This document shows positions 13,450 to 27,191 of a DNA stretch of 64,000 nucleotides, in pieces. The notes beneath the pieces are model-generated. The model was not told the origin of the DNA. It saw only the letters and a list, made by a program, of their open reading frames with translations, and did no database searches. This DNA is from Malacoraja senta. Its lineage: Eukaryota. Where the stretch lies: positions 3,412,001-3,476,000 of the forward strand of contig CM075994.1 of the NCBI GenBank assembly GCA_038087875.1. Direction: 5' to 3'. Numbering within the stretch: position 1 is the stretch's first letter; every line of letters begins with the position of its first letter. The position numbers and the translations under genes are program-made.

Positions 13450-14310
13450 TGTAACGCCATCTTGTGGCCAAGCCAATTCATCTGGAACCTTCCTTGTCGA
13501 GCTGAAACTGTTGCGTGAGCTGGGTGGTGGAGAGATTAGTGAAGGAGTCGAACGTTAACTGGTGTGCTATCCAACGACGGCAAGGACTTTGCTTAAATAT
13601 TGACTGAATGCCCGTGAGTGCCGGAGCTGTATTTATCAATAAAGGCACAGCTGTGTAAAGAAATCTTGGACCTCCACAGTGGTGACCCTGATGATCCAAA
13701 ACGGTTTATTCTACATTTTTGCCAAGTATGCAGCCGCCAAACACAGATGCAGTTTGCATCAAACTGCCCGTTTTCTGGACATCACAGCCCACGTGTGGTT
13801 CGAACACGCTGAAGCCCACTTCCACATTCGACAATTTACGGCCGATGCGACTAAATGTTACTACGTGGTCAGTGTGCTGGACCAGGACATCGCCGGTCGC
13901 TTAATTGATTACCTTCGCCAGCCACCAGCTGCAGGCATGTACGAGGGCCTCATAAAATGCTCCTCTTGCGCCGGGACAGGGCACCCAAACTCCTTCACAT
14001 AGATGGCCTCAGTGACCGCAAGCCGTCCATGCTTGTGAATGAAATGTTCCCCCTTGCTGAACGGCCACGTGCCCTGCTTCCTACTCGTACAGATTTTCCG
14101 CGAACTGATACCTGGACGACATTCACCTGCTCCTCGTGGACGAGGATTTCACCGACCCCCACCGGGTGGCTACCAATGCGGACGTGCTGTGGCAGGCGAT
14201 ACGACAGGGTAGTGCCACCATCAATCGCTTGTCGGCGGTGCCTCGTCGGCTCAAGTGGCCGGTCCCAGCCTCGAGCGAAGACACGGCAGTGTGGCCGGCC
14301 ACGAGCGACG
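13450..14310 (+). mobile_element. Gypsy 5' LTR, PBS and partial gag; duplicate of the 370-1240 insertion
   Basis: LTR 13450-13678, PBS at 13680, same gag motifs, same insertion site downstream of the duplicated exon. Confidence 0.9.
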
Positions 14311-15566
14311 TTGGAACTGTATGTATTAATAAAGACACAGATGGGTACACAAAACGTGGACCTTCACAGTAGTGTAGTGTCACAGTGTAAAGAGGGAACA
14401 ACGTCTATCCAAACCTGGCTTTGTGCTTACTTGCTTTCCCGACATCGGATGTTCAACGAAGTTAACGTTGACTTGATGTGACACTATTTATTATGCACTA
14501 TCCCGTAAAATGTTAGGGGGTGAGCGCCTTGCCTTTACAGTTAACATTCTCTGGTTTAATATAAGACTTCAACACAAGGTGTTTGAATGCCAAATTGTTG
14601 TTCTCTATTTGATAATGTGAATTCCTACTTTTACTACGATGACCTTTTTTAATATTCTCCATAAATGCGATGCCGTTCCTTGACAAACAAAAACGCTGTC
14701 CAGAAGGCTCATTAAGGAGACCGCGGCATTTTTCCCAACCTTATGACTGTCACAAGCAATCTCTGAAAACATTTAACTTCCCTATTTGCACACAAATTTC
14801 TTAGATTAGGTTGTAAAACATGATTTGAAATTCACGACCTTCAGCGATCAGTAAAATTATTGATATTGGCATTGTTATGATAAAGGTTCTCGGGAAAGCA
14901 AACAGCCCGCGTTCAACATCAGACATGTGACGCTTTTCATTGAACTCTGCGTCATTTAATAGGCGGCTCGATGTTCCGCTTAGTTATAGAAGCATTAAGA
15001 ACTAAAATTACGTGAACTTTGCATGGATTGTCTACTATCATAAGTCAAGGGATAATTTCTTAATTTTAATATGGTCTGTAAACTGTTCGTACCAGTTGCT
15101 CAGCACGATGCTTCAGGTATCATATGCAGCGCTGATATCCTGTCCGTTTATTTAGTTACTTGTAGTTCTTCGCTTTGTAATTCCTTCAGACGTAATAAAC
15201 GACTGACATTTTTGCCCAGAGCAATAACATTGAAATGCGATGTCCAACTAAATAGCGCGCCATAATTCAACATAATGGCAAAATGTGGAATGTTATCCGA
15301 AACATTGATACGTACATTTAATTGACCCAGCGAAGGCGGTGGGATACTATTTGCATTGGCTTAGTTTCCACGTCTGATCAATCAGCTCCAAAGACTATTA
15401 ATTTCTCCCACCGCCTCCCGTCGTCCTATCAATGAACTGTTCGTGTCACTAAAAATCCACTTATCTTATGGCGACATGATCCAAGCTGTGAATTTATGAA
15501 TTAACTTTATTTAACTTCAGCGCTTGTTATATTCAGATATGAATCGAATAATTACGTTGATGGTCA

Positions 15567-18500
15567 TGAATGAATGAATGAATGAATGAATGAATGAATG
15601 AAGGAATGAATAGGTTATTGGCCAGATATTCACATACATGGAATTTGTCTTGGTGCTCCGCCCACAAGTGACAACGACGTACAGTAACAGGTAAGAATAT
15701 TACATAAATCAACGAACATTAATAATAAAACATTATTGAGTAAAACATGTGAATAAAATAAAATACCAGAGCAAAAGGAGGCTACAGATTTTTGGTTATT
15801 GAGTAGAGCTACTTAATTCGTGGAAAAACGCTGTTTTATGTCTGGGCTGTGGCAGCTTTGACAGTCCGGACTCGCCTTCCAGAGGGGGAATTGATTCAAA
15901 GATTTTGTGGCCAGGGTGAGAGGGGTCAGATATAATCTAACCCGCTCGCTTCCTGGCCCGTGCAGTGTACATTTTGTGAATGGAGGGAAGGTTGCAGCCA
16001 ATAACCTTCTAGCTGATCGGACGATTCGCTGCAGCCGCCGGGTGTCGTGCTTGGTGGCTGAGCCAAACTAGACCATGATGGAGGTGAGGATAGACTCTAC
16101 GATGGCCATATAGAATTGGACATATAGAATCATTGCCTGTGGTAGATTGTGCTTCCTCGGCTGCCGCATGAAGTACATCATCTTGTGCCTTTTTATCTGT
16201 GGAGTCGATGGTAGCTCACTACTTAAGTCCTTTGAGATGATGGTTCCCAGGAACATAAAAGACTCACAGATGTCACGGTGGTGTTGTTGATAGTGAGTGG
16301 GGTGAGGGGACGGGGAGCCCTCCTAAAGTCTACAATCAATTCCAATGTCTTAAGAGCAGTGAGCTCCAGGTTGTTGCAGTGGCACCAGGATGCCAGCTTT
16401 GACATTTCCTGTTTGTAGGCAGATTCCTCCCAATCCTGGACCAGTCTAATCAGGGTTGTGTCGTCCACAAGTTTGAAAAAGCTTGACAGAAGAGTCAGTG
16501 GATGTGCAGTCATTGGTGTAGAGAGAGTAGAGGATAGGGGAGTACGCAGCCTTGCGGTGCTCCGATGCTGAGGGTTTGCGGATCCGAGATGTGCTTTCCA
16601 AGCCTCACATACTGCTTCCTTTCTGGCAGGAAGTTGGTGAACCACCGACACAGGGGTTCAGGCACAGCCAACTCGGAAAGTTTTGAGTGTAGTCGCACTG
16701 GCACAATGGTGTTGAATGCAGAGCTAAAATCAACAAACAAAATCCTCGCATAGGTCCCCTGGCGGTCTAGGTGCTGGAGGGTGAAGTGCAGGTCCAGGTT
16801 GACTGCGTCATCCACAGATCTATTGGCCCAATATTCAAAGTGCAGAGGGTCCAGCAGGGGGGTTCGTGATATTTGTCAGCTTGGCAGCGTAAGCCTTTCA
16901 AGGGTCTTCATGACTACAGTGGTCCTTGCGACGGGCCTGTAGTCATTAAAACCAGTAATCCTTCCTTTTTGGGTACAGGGACAATAGTCGAGACCTTGAC
17001 GCAGGCAGGGAGAGTACAGGTTTGGCAGGGACTGGTTGAACATGTCTGTGTAGACCAGTGCCAGTTGTTCGGCACAGAGCTTGAGAGTAGCGGGAGAAAC
17101 ATTGTCCGATCCTGGAGTTTTGCATCTTTTCTGTCTTCCGAAAAGCCTCTCCACTCCTCTACTTTTATTGTTGATGATGGAGAAGTGATGTTGTGCAGCA
17201 CGGAGGGTGTGTGTAATTCGGTGTGTGTGGTGATTGAAGAGGGGTGGGTGGGAAAGTGTCCAGTCTTCTGAGTGGAGTCTTGCTTTATGTATGTGTGAAG
17301 TGGTGAATGGGGAGGAGTGGGTGCAGAAGGGTCCATTCTTTGCAGACTGCGGTCTGGCTGTGTTTCTTGGGGAGGGGGTCAGGGGAGTCCCAGGATACGT
17401 TTCTGCTTGTCAAACCTGCAGTAGAACTCATTCGGGGCGTTGGTCAGCTGACGAATGTCCAAAGAGCTTCCTCTTGTAGCTGGTGATTTCTTGCAAGCCC
17501 TTCCAAACTGAACAAGAGTCACTAGTTGAGAACCTGCTCCTCGACCTTTCAGAGTACCTTTCCTGGCAGCTCTGATTCCTCTTCTCAGCTTGTATTTGGC
17601 CTGCCTGTAAGGTCTGCATCCCCTCTTCTGTAGGCCTCCTCTTGAGACTGTCGAGCTGAGTTCTAAGGTAATCCAGGCTTATTGTTGTTGAACCAGTTCC
17701 GGGTCCTACTTGGAATGCAATGTCCTCACAAAAGCTGACATAATAATAATAATAATAATAATCATTTTATTTACTGGCGCCTTTCTAAAACCCAAGGACA
17801 CCTTACAATGAATAGAATCACAAAAAAATACAAAACACATAATCGGAATAAATTAAATATAAAAACACCACAGTACACAAATCAAGGACAGAATTCAATT
17901 TCAAGAGCACCAAAAGAAAATAAGAAACACAAATTTGAGGAGAGAGCAGCGGCGACCAATTCGCGCCAGCGTCCACTCTCCCCTCCGACCGCCATCTTGT
18001 ACACGGACTAACAGGCACAGCACACAAAATCATCCCCCCACAATGACCACCACTGTGGGGGAAGGCACAATGTCCAGTCCCCAACCCAGTTCTTCCCAGA
18101 GTCAGGCCCATCGAGACCACCACAGTTGCCTCTACGGAGGCCCGATGTTCCTGGCCGTCGGGAGAGTCCTCGGAGCGGCTGGAACGGCCGGTTTCCAGCG
18201 GAGTCGATGTCACCCGAAGCCTATTTGGAGCCACGAGGCTCCCGATGTTGGAGTCGGCGCCGCCGCCCGCGGCTGGTCGCTCCGCAGTCCTGCAGCCCGG
18301 AGGTGTTGGTGTCGGCGGTCCAGCTCACCGGAGCTCCAGCGCGTCGTTCCAGCGTGGCGACCCAGGCAAGGCATCGCCCGCTACGCTCTTCGATAGCGCT
18401 CCAGCGCTGTGCCGCCACCGAAGCTGAAGGTGCTGGGCGGTCCCCGTCAGGAAACGGCGCTCCATGCCCGCTGGTAGGCCACGAGGAAGGGTCGACGAGG

Positions 18501-18975
18501 CAGCCTGGAGAAAAAGCTGCCTCACCGACCAGGTAGGGACCTAGAAATAGTTACCCCCTTACCCCCCCACATTAAAAGTCAAAACCCCCCAAACAAACAA
18601 AGAAATTAGAAACACTAAAACAAAAGAAAGAGTGAAGTTGACGGACGGCTGCTGTTTAGCAGCCGTTCCTCCAAGATGGCGGCTTGTCTTACGATGATAT
18701 AGTGTCTGTATACTCATCGAGGCTTATGGTTGCTTCCCTGAACACATTCCAATCCGTGCAGTCAACGCAGGATTGTAGGTTCTTAATGCCATGGCTTGTC
18801 CCACTTTTCGTTGTTTTGACCACAGGCTTATTCGATTTTCGTTTCTGTCTGTAGTTTCAGTAATAATGTGAACTGGACAATGATCAGAGAGACACAGGCC
18901 CACCCGCGGAACAGAGGGATATGCGTTCTTGATTGACGTGTAACAGTAGTCAAGCGTTCTCTCTCCTCGGGTGAC
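15567..18975 (-). mobile_element. Degenerate Rex1/Babar LINE, interrupted at about 17741-18683
   Basis: YARILFVDFSSAFNTIVP, GAPQGCVL, LVDDTTLI, KTLELIVDFRR; (TTCA)n tail. Confidence 0.88.
17741..18683 (-). mobile_element. GC-rich non-coding retroposon with L2-like 3' tail and (TTA)n
   Basis: Minus-strand end gtaaggtgtccttgggttttagaaaggcgcc..aataaaatg(att)n; interrupts the Rex1 sequence. Confidence 0.6.
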
Positions 18976-19061
18976 CAGGTATCCTGAAGTCTGTACTTTG
19001 CAGTGACAATAATATTATAGTAAACGTTGTTGGTATATTTAATTAATACATTTTTTTTCAG

Positions 19062-19088
19062 AATTTAACATCCGTAAAAAGGAATCAG
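19062..19088 (+). CDS. micro-exon 27 nt, EFNIRKKES
   Basis: ttttttttcag|aatttaacatccgtaaaaaggaatcag|gtaat. Confidence 0.85.
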
Positions 19089-19622
19089 GTAATCGGGATG
19101 AAATTATTACTCCACTTGATGTCATTGCTAATGTTGAAATTCGTGTGTGCAATGGCAGGGAAATCACATTGCATTCAAAATCATCTTATATTACCTGTTT
19201 GGGTAATAATCCCGTGCCCAGTGAAAATAGTACAGGTGCATTACGAAAACGCACAGAAAATTGATTTGCATACTATGAAAATAGGCTTGCATACTTTGCA
19301 GCCTATAATAAATATGTTAGCATGTTGGGAAGTAGGAAAAAAGCTGTGTAAAACCAAAATCTGCGTTCGTAGAATTAGAAGTGATGAATCACAATGAAAC
19401 CGGAATAATAGAAACGAGAGAACAGTAGCAACATGAAAATAAAATAAGGATTTGATAAAAGAATATAAATATGATAAATTGCCTGCTGAAAGCAAGTGAA
19501 ATAATGAACAAAGGCTGGCTTATTAAGATGGATTGTCTGACAATGAAAAGCGACCTCTAAAGTTAAAAAAGGTAACCATACCAATAATTTTCGATGACTT
19601 ATTATTACTAATATTATTCCAG

Positions 19623-19649
19623 ACATGTCTGATCATTTGAAAACCGATG
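19623..19649 (+). CDS. micro-exon 27 nt, DMSDHLKTD
   Basis: attattccag|acatgtctgatcatttgaaaaccgatg|gtgagt. Confidence 0.85.
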
Positions 19650-20158
19650 GTGAGTAACGTGATATGTTGAGTAGAAGTAAAGTAAGAAATTGTATCAACG
19701 TTATTTTGCTCTGAAAACACAACTCTGCAATTGTAATTTCTCGCATTTTAATCACTTATTTGAATCAATTTCCACGTCCTGTCAATGTTGTTACCTACAC
19801 AGTTACTCAATTAACTCCTTTCGTTTTACCCTGGTTAACTACAATAAACCAATTTTCAAAATCTAATTTCCCCTTCCCTGTGCATCTTCGAATGTTCAGT
19901 TTCTACGTTCATAATACATGGCGAAACAAAGTATTACTTTCACATTAGCAATGAAATGATTATGCTTAAATAGACTGTGGTTATTTTTTTACATTTATCA
20001 CCGCACCCCCTACGTTGCAGAAGACAACATTTATTAAATACGGAAAACACACACGCCATAAAAAAGCAGTATGCCCTTTTCTTTGCATTGAAGTCACCTT
20101 CAAAAAAATCAGAAACTAGAACTTTATTGTCAATACAAAAAATGTGTTGATCATACAG

Positions 20159-20185
20159 ACCAGAAGCTTAAAGAAGCACAATCGG
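20159..20185 (+). CDS. micro-exon 27 nt, DQKLKEAQS
   Basis: tcatacag|accagaagcttaaagaagcacaatcgg|gtaagt. Confidence 0.82.
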
Positions 20186-20959
20186 GTAAGTCCTCGAATT
20201 TGTTTGATATTTCCGCCAAGAAAACTTCAAATTATGTCGTTCGATGGCGGTCTTCTTAAAAAACGATAGGTTATCGAAAATTGCAATGATGAATTTTCCA
20301 CGCAACTCCACCGAATAAATTAAAAGATATGATCATTTTGAAATTAGCAGTAGAACTTTAAAAATGGCAAATCACAGATGTTCCCGCAAAGAAAAGTTTG
20401 ATTTTCGCACTCCTATGGGAAGCAGACAATCAATTTGTGCGCAGGCTCAATTAACGTCTTAAAATCAATATAGCGTAAGGTCATACGCAAATAGAATCGC
20501 ATGCTTAAGTTTTCACCCATAACAGCAAGTTGAACATTGCAGTAGCAAACTGCAATATTGAATTTAAATACGGGGCGCTGGGCTGTAAGAGTTGATTTCA
20601 ATATTGTTTCAGATCATATCATTCTATTTCCATTTGCTCCGTCTAAGCCATGCCGAGTGTTACAGCAATTCCAACAATCGTCCCCATCTACTTAATTCCC
20701 ATTTCGAACAAATGGGCACTCCTTAATTCTCTTTTCACACATCGACCCAACTTACACGTTACCAAATGTTCCAAAAAGAGGTCATTTTATGTGATGTAGG
20801 AGAAAACCGAATACAAGCAGTAAACCGAAAAGTAATTTCGCATCATGAAAAAACGATAGTTTTGCGAGATTTCCAAGTTGCGAACATTTCCATTCTTTGG
20901 TAACTTGTTTTTGTGACTTATAAATGGACGGAAAGTGATCGAAGCATATATATTTCCAG

Positions 20960-20995
20960 AACTCCTGCAATTAACGGCAATTCGAGCGGATCTCG
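20960..20995 (+). CDS. micro-exon 36 nt, ELLQLTAIRADL
   Basis: tatttccag|aactcctgcaattaacggcaattcgagcggatctcg|gtgag. Confidence 0.85.
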
Positions 20996-21110
20996 GTGAG
21001 CCAATGTTATATATTTTGTGCAATATAAAACTGTCAGTAAAGACGTTAGATTTTTCTTGTTATCGAAGTATTTTGACGGATTTTTCAAAAGATCCTTGTG
21101 GTTGAAGGAA

Positions 21111-21446
21111 ACATACATAGATACATAGAAAATAGGTGCAGGAGTAGGCCATTCGGCCCTTCGAGCCTGCACCGCCATTCAATATGATCATGGCTGATCA
21201 TCCAACTCAGTATCCCGTACCGGCCTTCTCTCCATACCCCCTGATCCCCTTAGCCACAAGGGCCACATCTAACTCCCTCTTAAATATAGCCAATGAACTG
21301 GCCTCAACTACCCTCTGTGGCAGAGAGTTCCAGAGATTCACCACTCTCTGTGTGAAAAAGGTTTTCCTCATCTCGGTCTTAAAGGATTTCCCCCTTATCC
21401 TTAAGCTGTGACCCCTTGTCCTGGACTTCCCCAACATCGGGAACAT
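21111..21446 (-). mobile_element. Young CR1 3' fragment
   Basis: Near-identical to the 3' end of the 38251-42008 copy. Confidence 0.95.
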
Positions 21447-22303
21447 ACAGCGGGCAGCGAATGTGTTTATACTACGGTGAATTATTCAAAATATTTAAAG
21501 CACATATTATAATGAAAAACATAATCATGTTCATGAAATTCGGTAGGCCTATGCTAATTCTTACGCCTTCTCGACATTGGAAGATCGAACAATCAATGCG
21601 ATCACCTCACTGAGATAAAACATCTAACTTCTGCGACCCATTTTGAAAGGATGCTGCATTAATTTTCAGCATTTTTTAAAAACTCAGCTGCCCCTTCCCT
21701 TAATTACAGCCATGCTTACTGCAATATTGCTGCTCAAATTTGTTGCTCATTTGAAGATGTAGATAGTTGATTGTCTCTATTTAATATTTCGCTGCAATAC
21801 ATTTTACTGTTCGCGACTCACATTTCTCTCTGCACTCCTCGCCGTCCACTGTTCGAATTGACGGGTCTTATCGTCCTTCCTTTATTTTGTCTTGCTTTTG
21901 AAATGCTTCTGGACAACTCTGAACTTTTCAATGACAACGCCGAACTGTGACGTGCTTGTTGTTACTTTCGGAAGTTGAAGCACTCTCTTTGATAAGTTCA
22001 AACACCCCACTATCCACCATTGTTAATTCGCCAACCGACCATTACCATGCCATTTTATTTACTCCAGAATCCTCAACATTAGCTTTTACGTTAATAGAAT
22101 TGCATCCTTTACAGCCAAAAAGAGAAAGGACGTTGAGTCATGCTATCGCTAATTGATATTTAAACGTTTTAAAACTCTGAACACGTGACCTCCCTTACGG
22201 AATACCTTACAATACCTGTTGTCTTGCAATGCACTTTGAATAAATTAGATGAATTCCTACATTTCCTTTACTTACTTTCCTAGTTATGTGTCCATTCTCA
22301 CAG

Positions 22304-22330
22304 AGAAATTGCTACTTATAAAGAATGAAG
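22304..22330 (+). CDS. micro-exon 27 nt, EKLLLIKNE
   Basis: tccattctcacag|agaaattgctacttataaagaatgaag|gtaaa. Confidence 0.83.
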
Positions 22331-23687
22331 GTAAACAAACGCTATATTCAAAGTTAATTCTTCAGTGAAATGTAATTGGTAATCCATCTCCTTTAGTGAC
22401 TTTGTCAAACAGTTATGGCGGATTGGCAACTCTTTGAACTCTTCCAATTTTTTTGTTTCAACCAAATTCGATAAAACTTGGAGCATCATAGCACTTTCGC
22501 ACTCTTACACTACATTTTGGGGCTAATTTCGTCGCGAGATCCTATATATTCCTGCCCATCGAAAACAGATTCAAAGTAAAGACCGAAAGAAATCAGAAAT
22601 AAATTCATGTGAGCATTTGATCGTGATGAATGCTTTTATTCTGAATAACAAATAACAAGCCAGTATCACGATAACCCAAGTATTTTGATTTAAAAAGAAT
22701 CTTAGAGTATATCTTGGCGTATATGGCCAAAAGCTGAACCTTTTTCTTCTACAAGTTCCATTCAAAGTTGAGAACACTGTGTGGATTATACTGCTATCAG
22801 ACTATGATTTATCAGTGTAACACAGTACTTACAGCTTTCTCTGCTGACTTCGAAGCGGAATAATAAGGTATTCAATGGGCTGCAGCTTTTATCCAATAAT
22901 CACTTTATTTCTGATTAATAGTTGTACAAAGAGCCATAGGAAATTCGGTGAGAAAAAGGGAACACGTCAAACATTAGAAAATTACTTTTCCGGATTTTCC
23001 CTGCCTTTATTGATAGAGGCAGTTCCAAGCAATAACACCAACTGAATTGTCATGCACTTAAAACATAATGAAAGTAAACTGCCACTGCAATTCTGCCGTT
23101 TTGTTAATAATTCAATTGATGTTGATATCAAGGGTGCTATTATTGCATTTCAATTATCGTTCATTTCACCAATTTCCCTTGCTAGTTTCTCAGTGTATCA
23201 GATAATCACAGACATTGATCAGTTGATTAAAAAAAGTCAGTGAGCTTTCAAATTTTATTAAGATGTTCATACTTCGGCAGACAGTGCAGTGAGCCTCTGG
23301 CTGACTCAACCACTCATCACATTTCGCGTTGAGCCCCGCTCCTCGACATTAAAGGCTTGGCGAGCCCGAGCCTTGGTTGCGAGACAGATCACAGGTGAGG
23401 TCCCTGGCCGTGGAAACATTACGCACGTTCCTTATGGTTGGCATAGGCACTAACAATGAATTCAATCAACACATGCAATTGACAGAATTATAATTAACAC
23501 TCTGACTACATCAAGATTCCAGCATTTGTAGTTTCTTGTCCCTCCAGTATTGGCCTTCGTATGACAAATGGATATTGTATTCAATAGAAGGGGATATTGA
23601 TCTGAGCATGGTTCGCCATATTCTGCAAATTAATTTTCAAGCAAAACGCACGTTATTTCCCACAGTATGTGTTTTATTTGTTGGCAG

Positions 23688-23714
23688 AAGTTAAAGAACT
23701 AAAGAAAAATAATG
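23688..23714 (+). CDS. micro-exon 27 nt, EVKELKKNN
   Basis: ttttatttgttggcag|aagttaaagaactaaagaaaaataatg|gtatgt. Confidence 0.83.
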
Positions 23715-24256
23715 GTATGTAACAACTCGAGAATGGTTGCATCGACGAACTGTTCGGGACAGTCGGCTTCTATATTATTTTGGGGTATACAGCAAGGAAA
23801 ATGCTGATGGAGCTGCAGCTCTAGACCAGAGAATGTCCAGAAAATGTTTTCAACGGGCTCTTCAACTATAAGCGTGTGTATTGCAATCCTATTCATGCGA
23901 ATACAGGCGGTGAGTTACGAAAACACGTATTTTTTATTCTTACTTGTCATATATTTCAATTATCAGCCCTTAAGCATCCAATGATGTAAAGGAAACTTTT
24001 AAATTATTTATTACGATTTAACATATTTTAACTCACAATTATTTATAGCCTTGGCACGTGTTGCGGTGAGAGCGCCGTTCTAATAATGCGAAACATGCTC
24101 AACTCCAACTGCGTGTCAAAGAGGCATTGGGACAATGCCACGGTATGGACTCATTACCTACCGATCGCGTACAAATTTCTGGACATCCGTTGGCCTCTCA
24201 TTTCCATGCTCACGAGCCCAGAAAAGAAGCGCGCAATTGACGGTTAAAATTGTGGA

Positions 24257-24693
24257 ACCCCCACAATTAAAATGTGGATAATGGAAATTTCGGAGACCCT
24301 ACACCTGGAAAGAATCAGATTTGTCTTAATGGACAAACAAGAACTTTTTGTTAGAATATGGTCTCCATTCATTGACTATTTGAAGGGGTAGATCGGTTCG
24401 GCACGGGAACCTAACTGAAGCTTGAACTTAGGATTAGATGAAAAGTTATACTTTATAACCTACGAACCTATCTTCAAATTATGTATTATTAGTAAATCAT
24501 TCCACTCTTTATTTAAATCTTGACATTTGTGATTTTTTTCTCTCTTTCTTTCTTACGTTCTATCTATTAAAAAAAAACTAGAAGCAGTATCAATCCACAA
24601 TTGATAATATTAATAATGTATGGTTGATATACATGAAATGTTTTACCATAATATGTTTTTGCTTCTAATAAAAATAATGTTTTAAAAAATAAC
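24257..24693 (+). mobile_element. 5'-truncated L1-clade LINE 3' end
   Basis: WIMEISETLHLERIRF..FVRIWSPFIDYLKG* resembles an L1 ORF2 C-terminus; A-rich tail; TSD AAATTGTGGA at 24247-24256 and 24694-24703. Confidence 0.75.
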
Positions 24694-24910
24694 AAATTGT
24701 GGAGGCCTCATCACAAGGCGGGTCGACTCTAACTGAACAGGACGAAATAAAGTAGGTTATTGGAGTATTCATTTTCCAGTTATTCTTCCTCGGTTTAACA
24801 ATATGCTTCCCATTTGAGATTGCTTACCATTTGAGATGTAAATGTTTGTCGATCACGAATCGTTTAAAACAATAACAAAAAACATGATTGAACATTGTCT
24901 TCTTTTTCAG

Positions 24911-24934
24911 AATTGAAAGTAAACTGCATACCAG
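24911..24934 (+). CDS. micro-exon 24 nt, ELKVNCIP
   Basis: tcttctttttcag|aattgaaagtaaactgcataccag|gtaac; fills third slot of a four-exon module. Confidence 0.75.
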
Positions 24935-25660
24935 GTAACTATTTTCACGTGTTTATTTTTCTTTCCATTCTATCCAGTCTTCCTTGAATTTGTTCATTAT
25001 TATGAAACGAATCGACTCCATTAATTATTCTGGGATCATGAACGACAGCAATAACTCAGTAAAGGTTCAGTAAACTAAAGGCAAATGGATTAACGCATAG
25101 TAAATTAATATCTGAAGGCATAATTTGGTTAATTAATCACTTAATATTACATAGGAAGTAGAAATTACAGAAGTAATTTTCCCACCTATCGAAAAAACGG
25201 AAGAAAATTTGATCACGAAGTGTTAATACACATCAGCAAAGGCTGAACATAATCTGTTCACTTTCACCTAAATTACTCATTGGAAACGAATAAATTCCTG
25301 ATTAACTAAAAACGGCGATTAATATTATCCAGTACCAAGAAACTATTTCAAAACGCCTTAATCAACTAAAAGGAGGCATCAGCGATAGTTTGTTGTTAAA
25401 TTCCGGAGATCCAATCGGTAGATTACCTTGTCCTTCCACTCAGCTAGGCCCATCAATCAAGAGTCCACAGTTTTTCCACGGTAGTATTTACATTTCAGTA
25501 TTATTCGCACTCTCTGTGAACCCAATATCAAATTTGTCGATATCAAATTTCATTTTTTATATGCCTTGAAGTTATTGGACTGAAATTATGTTGACGCTTA
25601 TAATGTGACAACCTTCAAAGCACAGCCGAATGAGAATGATTGATCGATCATATTTTCCAG

Positions 25661-25696
25661 ACCGAGAAAAGCTCGAAGCTATTCAAAAAGATATCG
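25661..25696 (+). CDS. micro-exon 36 nt, DREKLEAIQKDI
   Basis: tattttccag|accgagaaaagctcgaagctattcaaaaagatatcg|gtaagt. Confidence 0.87.
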
Positions 25697-25847
25697 GTAA
25701 GTACACTCCAAACAATTGCTAAATATGCATTACTAATGATGTCCTGATGAGAGTACAATTCAACATGATGTTTTGAAGCCAGGTGTAACTGACTGAAATA
25801 GACACTTGAATTCCATTAATACTGTATATATTTTTACATGTTCACAG

Positions 25848-25874
25848 TGCAGCTGTTAGAGCTGAAAGATAAAG
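25848..25874 (+). CDS. micro-exon 27 nt, VQLLELKDK
   Basis: tgttcacag|tgcagctgttagagctgaaagataaag|gtaaa. Confidence 0.83.
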
Positions 25875-26496
25875 GTAAAAGTTATGCGGCCAAACATCAT
25901 GTGCTGAAACAGGTTGGATCAAAAATAATCGAGATATAGATAAGAAAAAAACAATAAAAAAGAGGATACTATAAAACAAAGTAAGAAAGTCATCCAAGGG
26001 GGAGATATTGCGATAAGTAGTATTAAGCTTATTGATTAAGATTAATTGATGTGGTATAACCACGATGAAGATAATTAAAGCGCTAATTATTAATAAAATG
26101 TTTTAAGATAGGGTAGAATTCGAACAAAATAACAATTATATAGTCGTTCTCTGATACGCCACTAACTGTTCATTCTCAGATAATTCAATGTGAGAAAGAG
26201 GAAACATACTGTAGCGGAATGCCATAGGGTGACGCCCTGAAATTAGGATACTGGATACCCGTTAACCCTGTAACAACCAGTTGAAACCCAATAGGAATTC
26301 GACGCATTTTCACCTTGCATTACTCACAGAAGTATGTAAGTCTGAATCGTAAAACGTTCATGCCCCATTACCACTGTAGGCTGTGGGAGGAGCATTGGTT
26401 GCAACATTTATTGTAATGCATGAAGGGGTGGGCGACAAAAGTTAAATTAATAGTAGTTATATTTGTTTGAATTAATATGCGGAATGGTTTCTTTAG

Positions 26497-26523
26497 AACT
26501 TGAAGAAATTCGTCGACAGAAGA
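26497..26523 (+). CDS. micro-exon 27 nt, ELEEIRRQK
   Basis: gtttctttag|aacttgaagaaattcgtcgacagaaga|gtaag. Confidence 0.83.
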
Positions 26524-27191
26524 GTAAGCTACATTATCCGGTGTCAACAATATGCACCAATCGTTTTGTTTCATGTCGAATTTAGCATGGCTGCAACGCT
26601 GAAACACTGATATTCATTTATTTACATGTTACCTTAAATTAGAAAGCATTTGAAAATCAACAGTGCAAAGATTGAAATATTCGAATTAATGGCGAAGTAT
26701 TACAATGCATGTAAATAATAACGTATGTTTTGGGAAAGTTCGTTGAAATACAATAGCATTCACCCCTTGGTTTCATCATGCTACACCAATATAAATGATT
26801 TAAAAAAAACATGCCAGGATTGATCAAATTACACTGGTCACGAAAGAGCTAATTTCATTGTCTCAATTTCAATGAGACACAATTTATCGAAATGTATAGG
26901 ATAGTTATCTGGCCAAATACATCTATAGTAGGGAACGTTTGATGGAGGACGGGGCAGTAAAAGCATGCCGTCTGAATTCCTCGCAAATGCATTGAACAAT
27001 ATCAGAGTGACACTTATTTAAAACAAAACCGGAAATAACGCATTTCAATTAAAAATGTGTTTTAAACGTTTCCTTTAAGGTACTTCTGTGCAGGAATGCG
27101 GTAAGAGCGTAAAAACAAAACAAACATATATATTACGTCAAACTAAGACTTCATCTGCGCCTCATTTTATTGTATTATTACATATTTTCAG

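Noticed and set aside
22835..22947. 33-nt (22835-22867) and 26-nt (22922-22947) AG..GT candidates
   Set aside because: The first has TAA stops in phase 1; the second is not a multiple of 3
23281..23394. Open 114-nt phase-1 AG..GT segment (DSAVSLWLTQP...)
   Set aside because: Weak pyrimidine tract, not coiled-coil-like, and breaks the module order; could be chance, though RNA-seq is needed to exclude it
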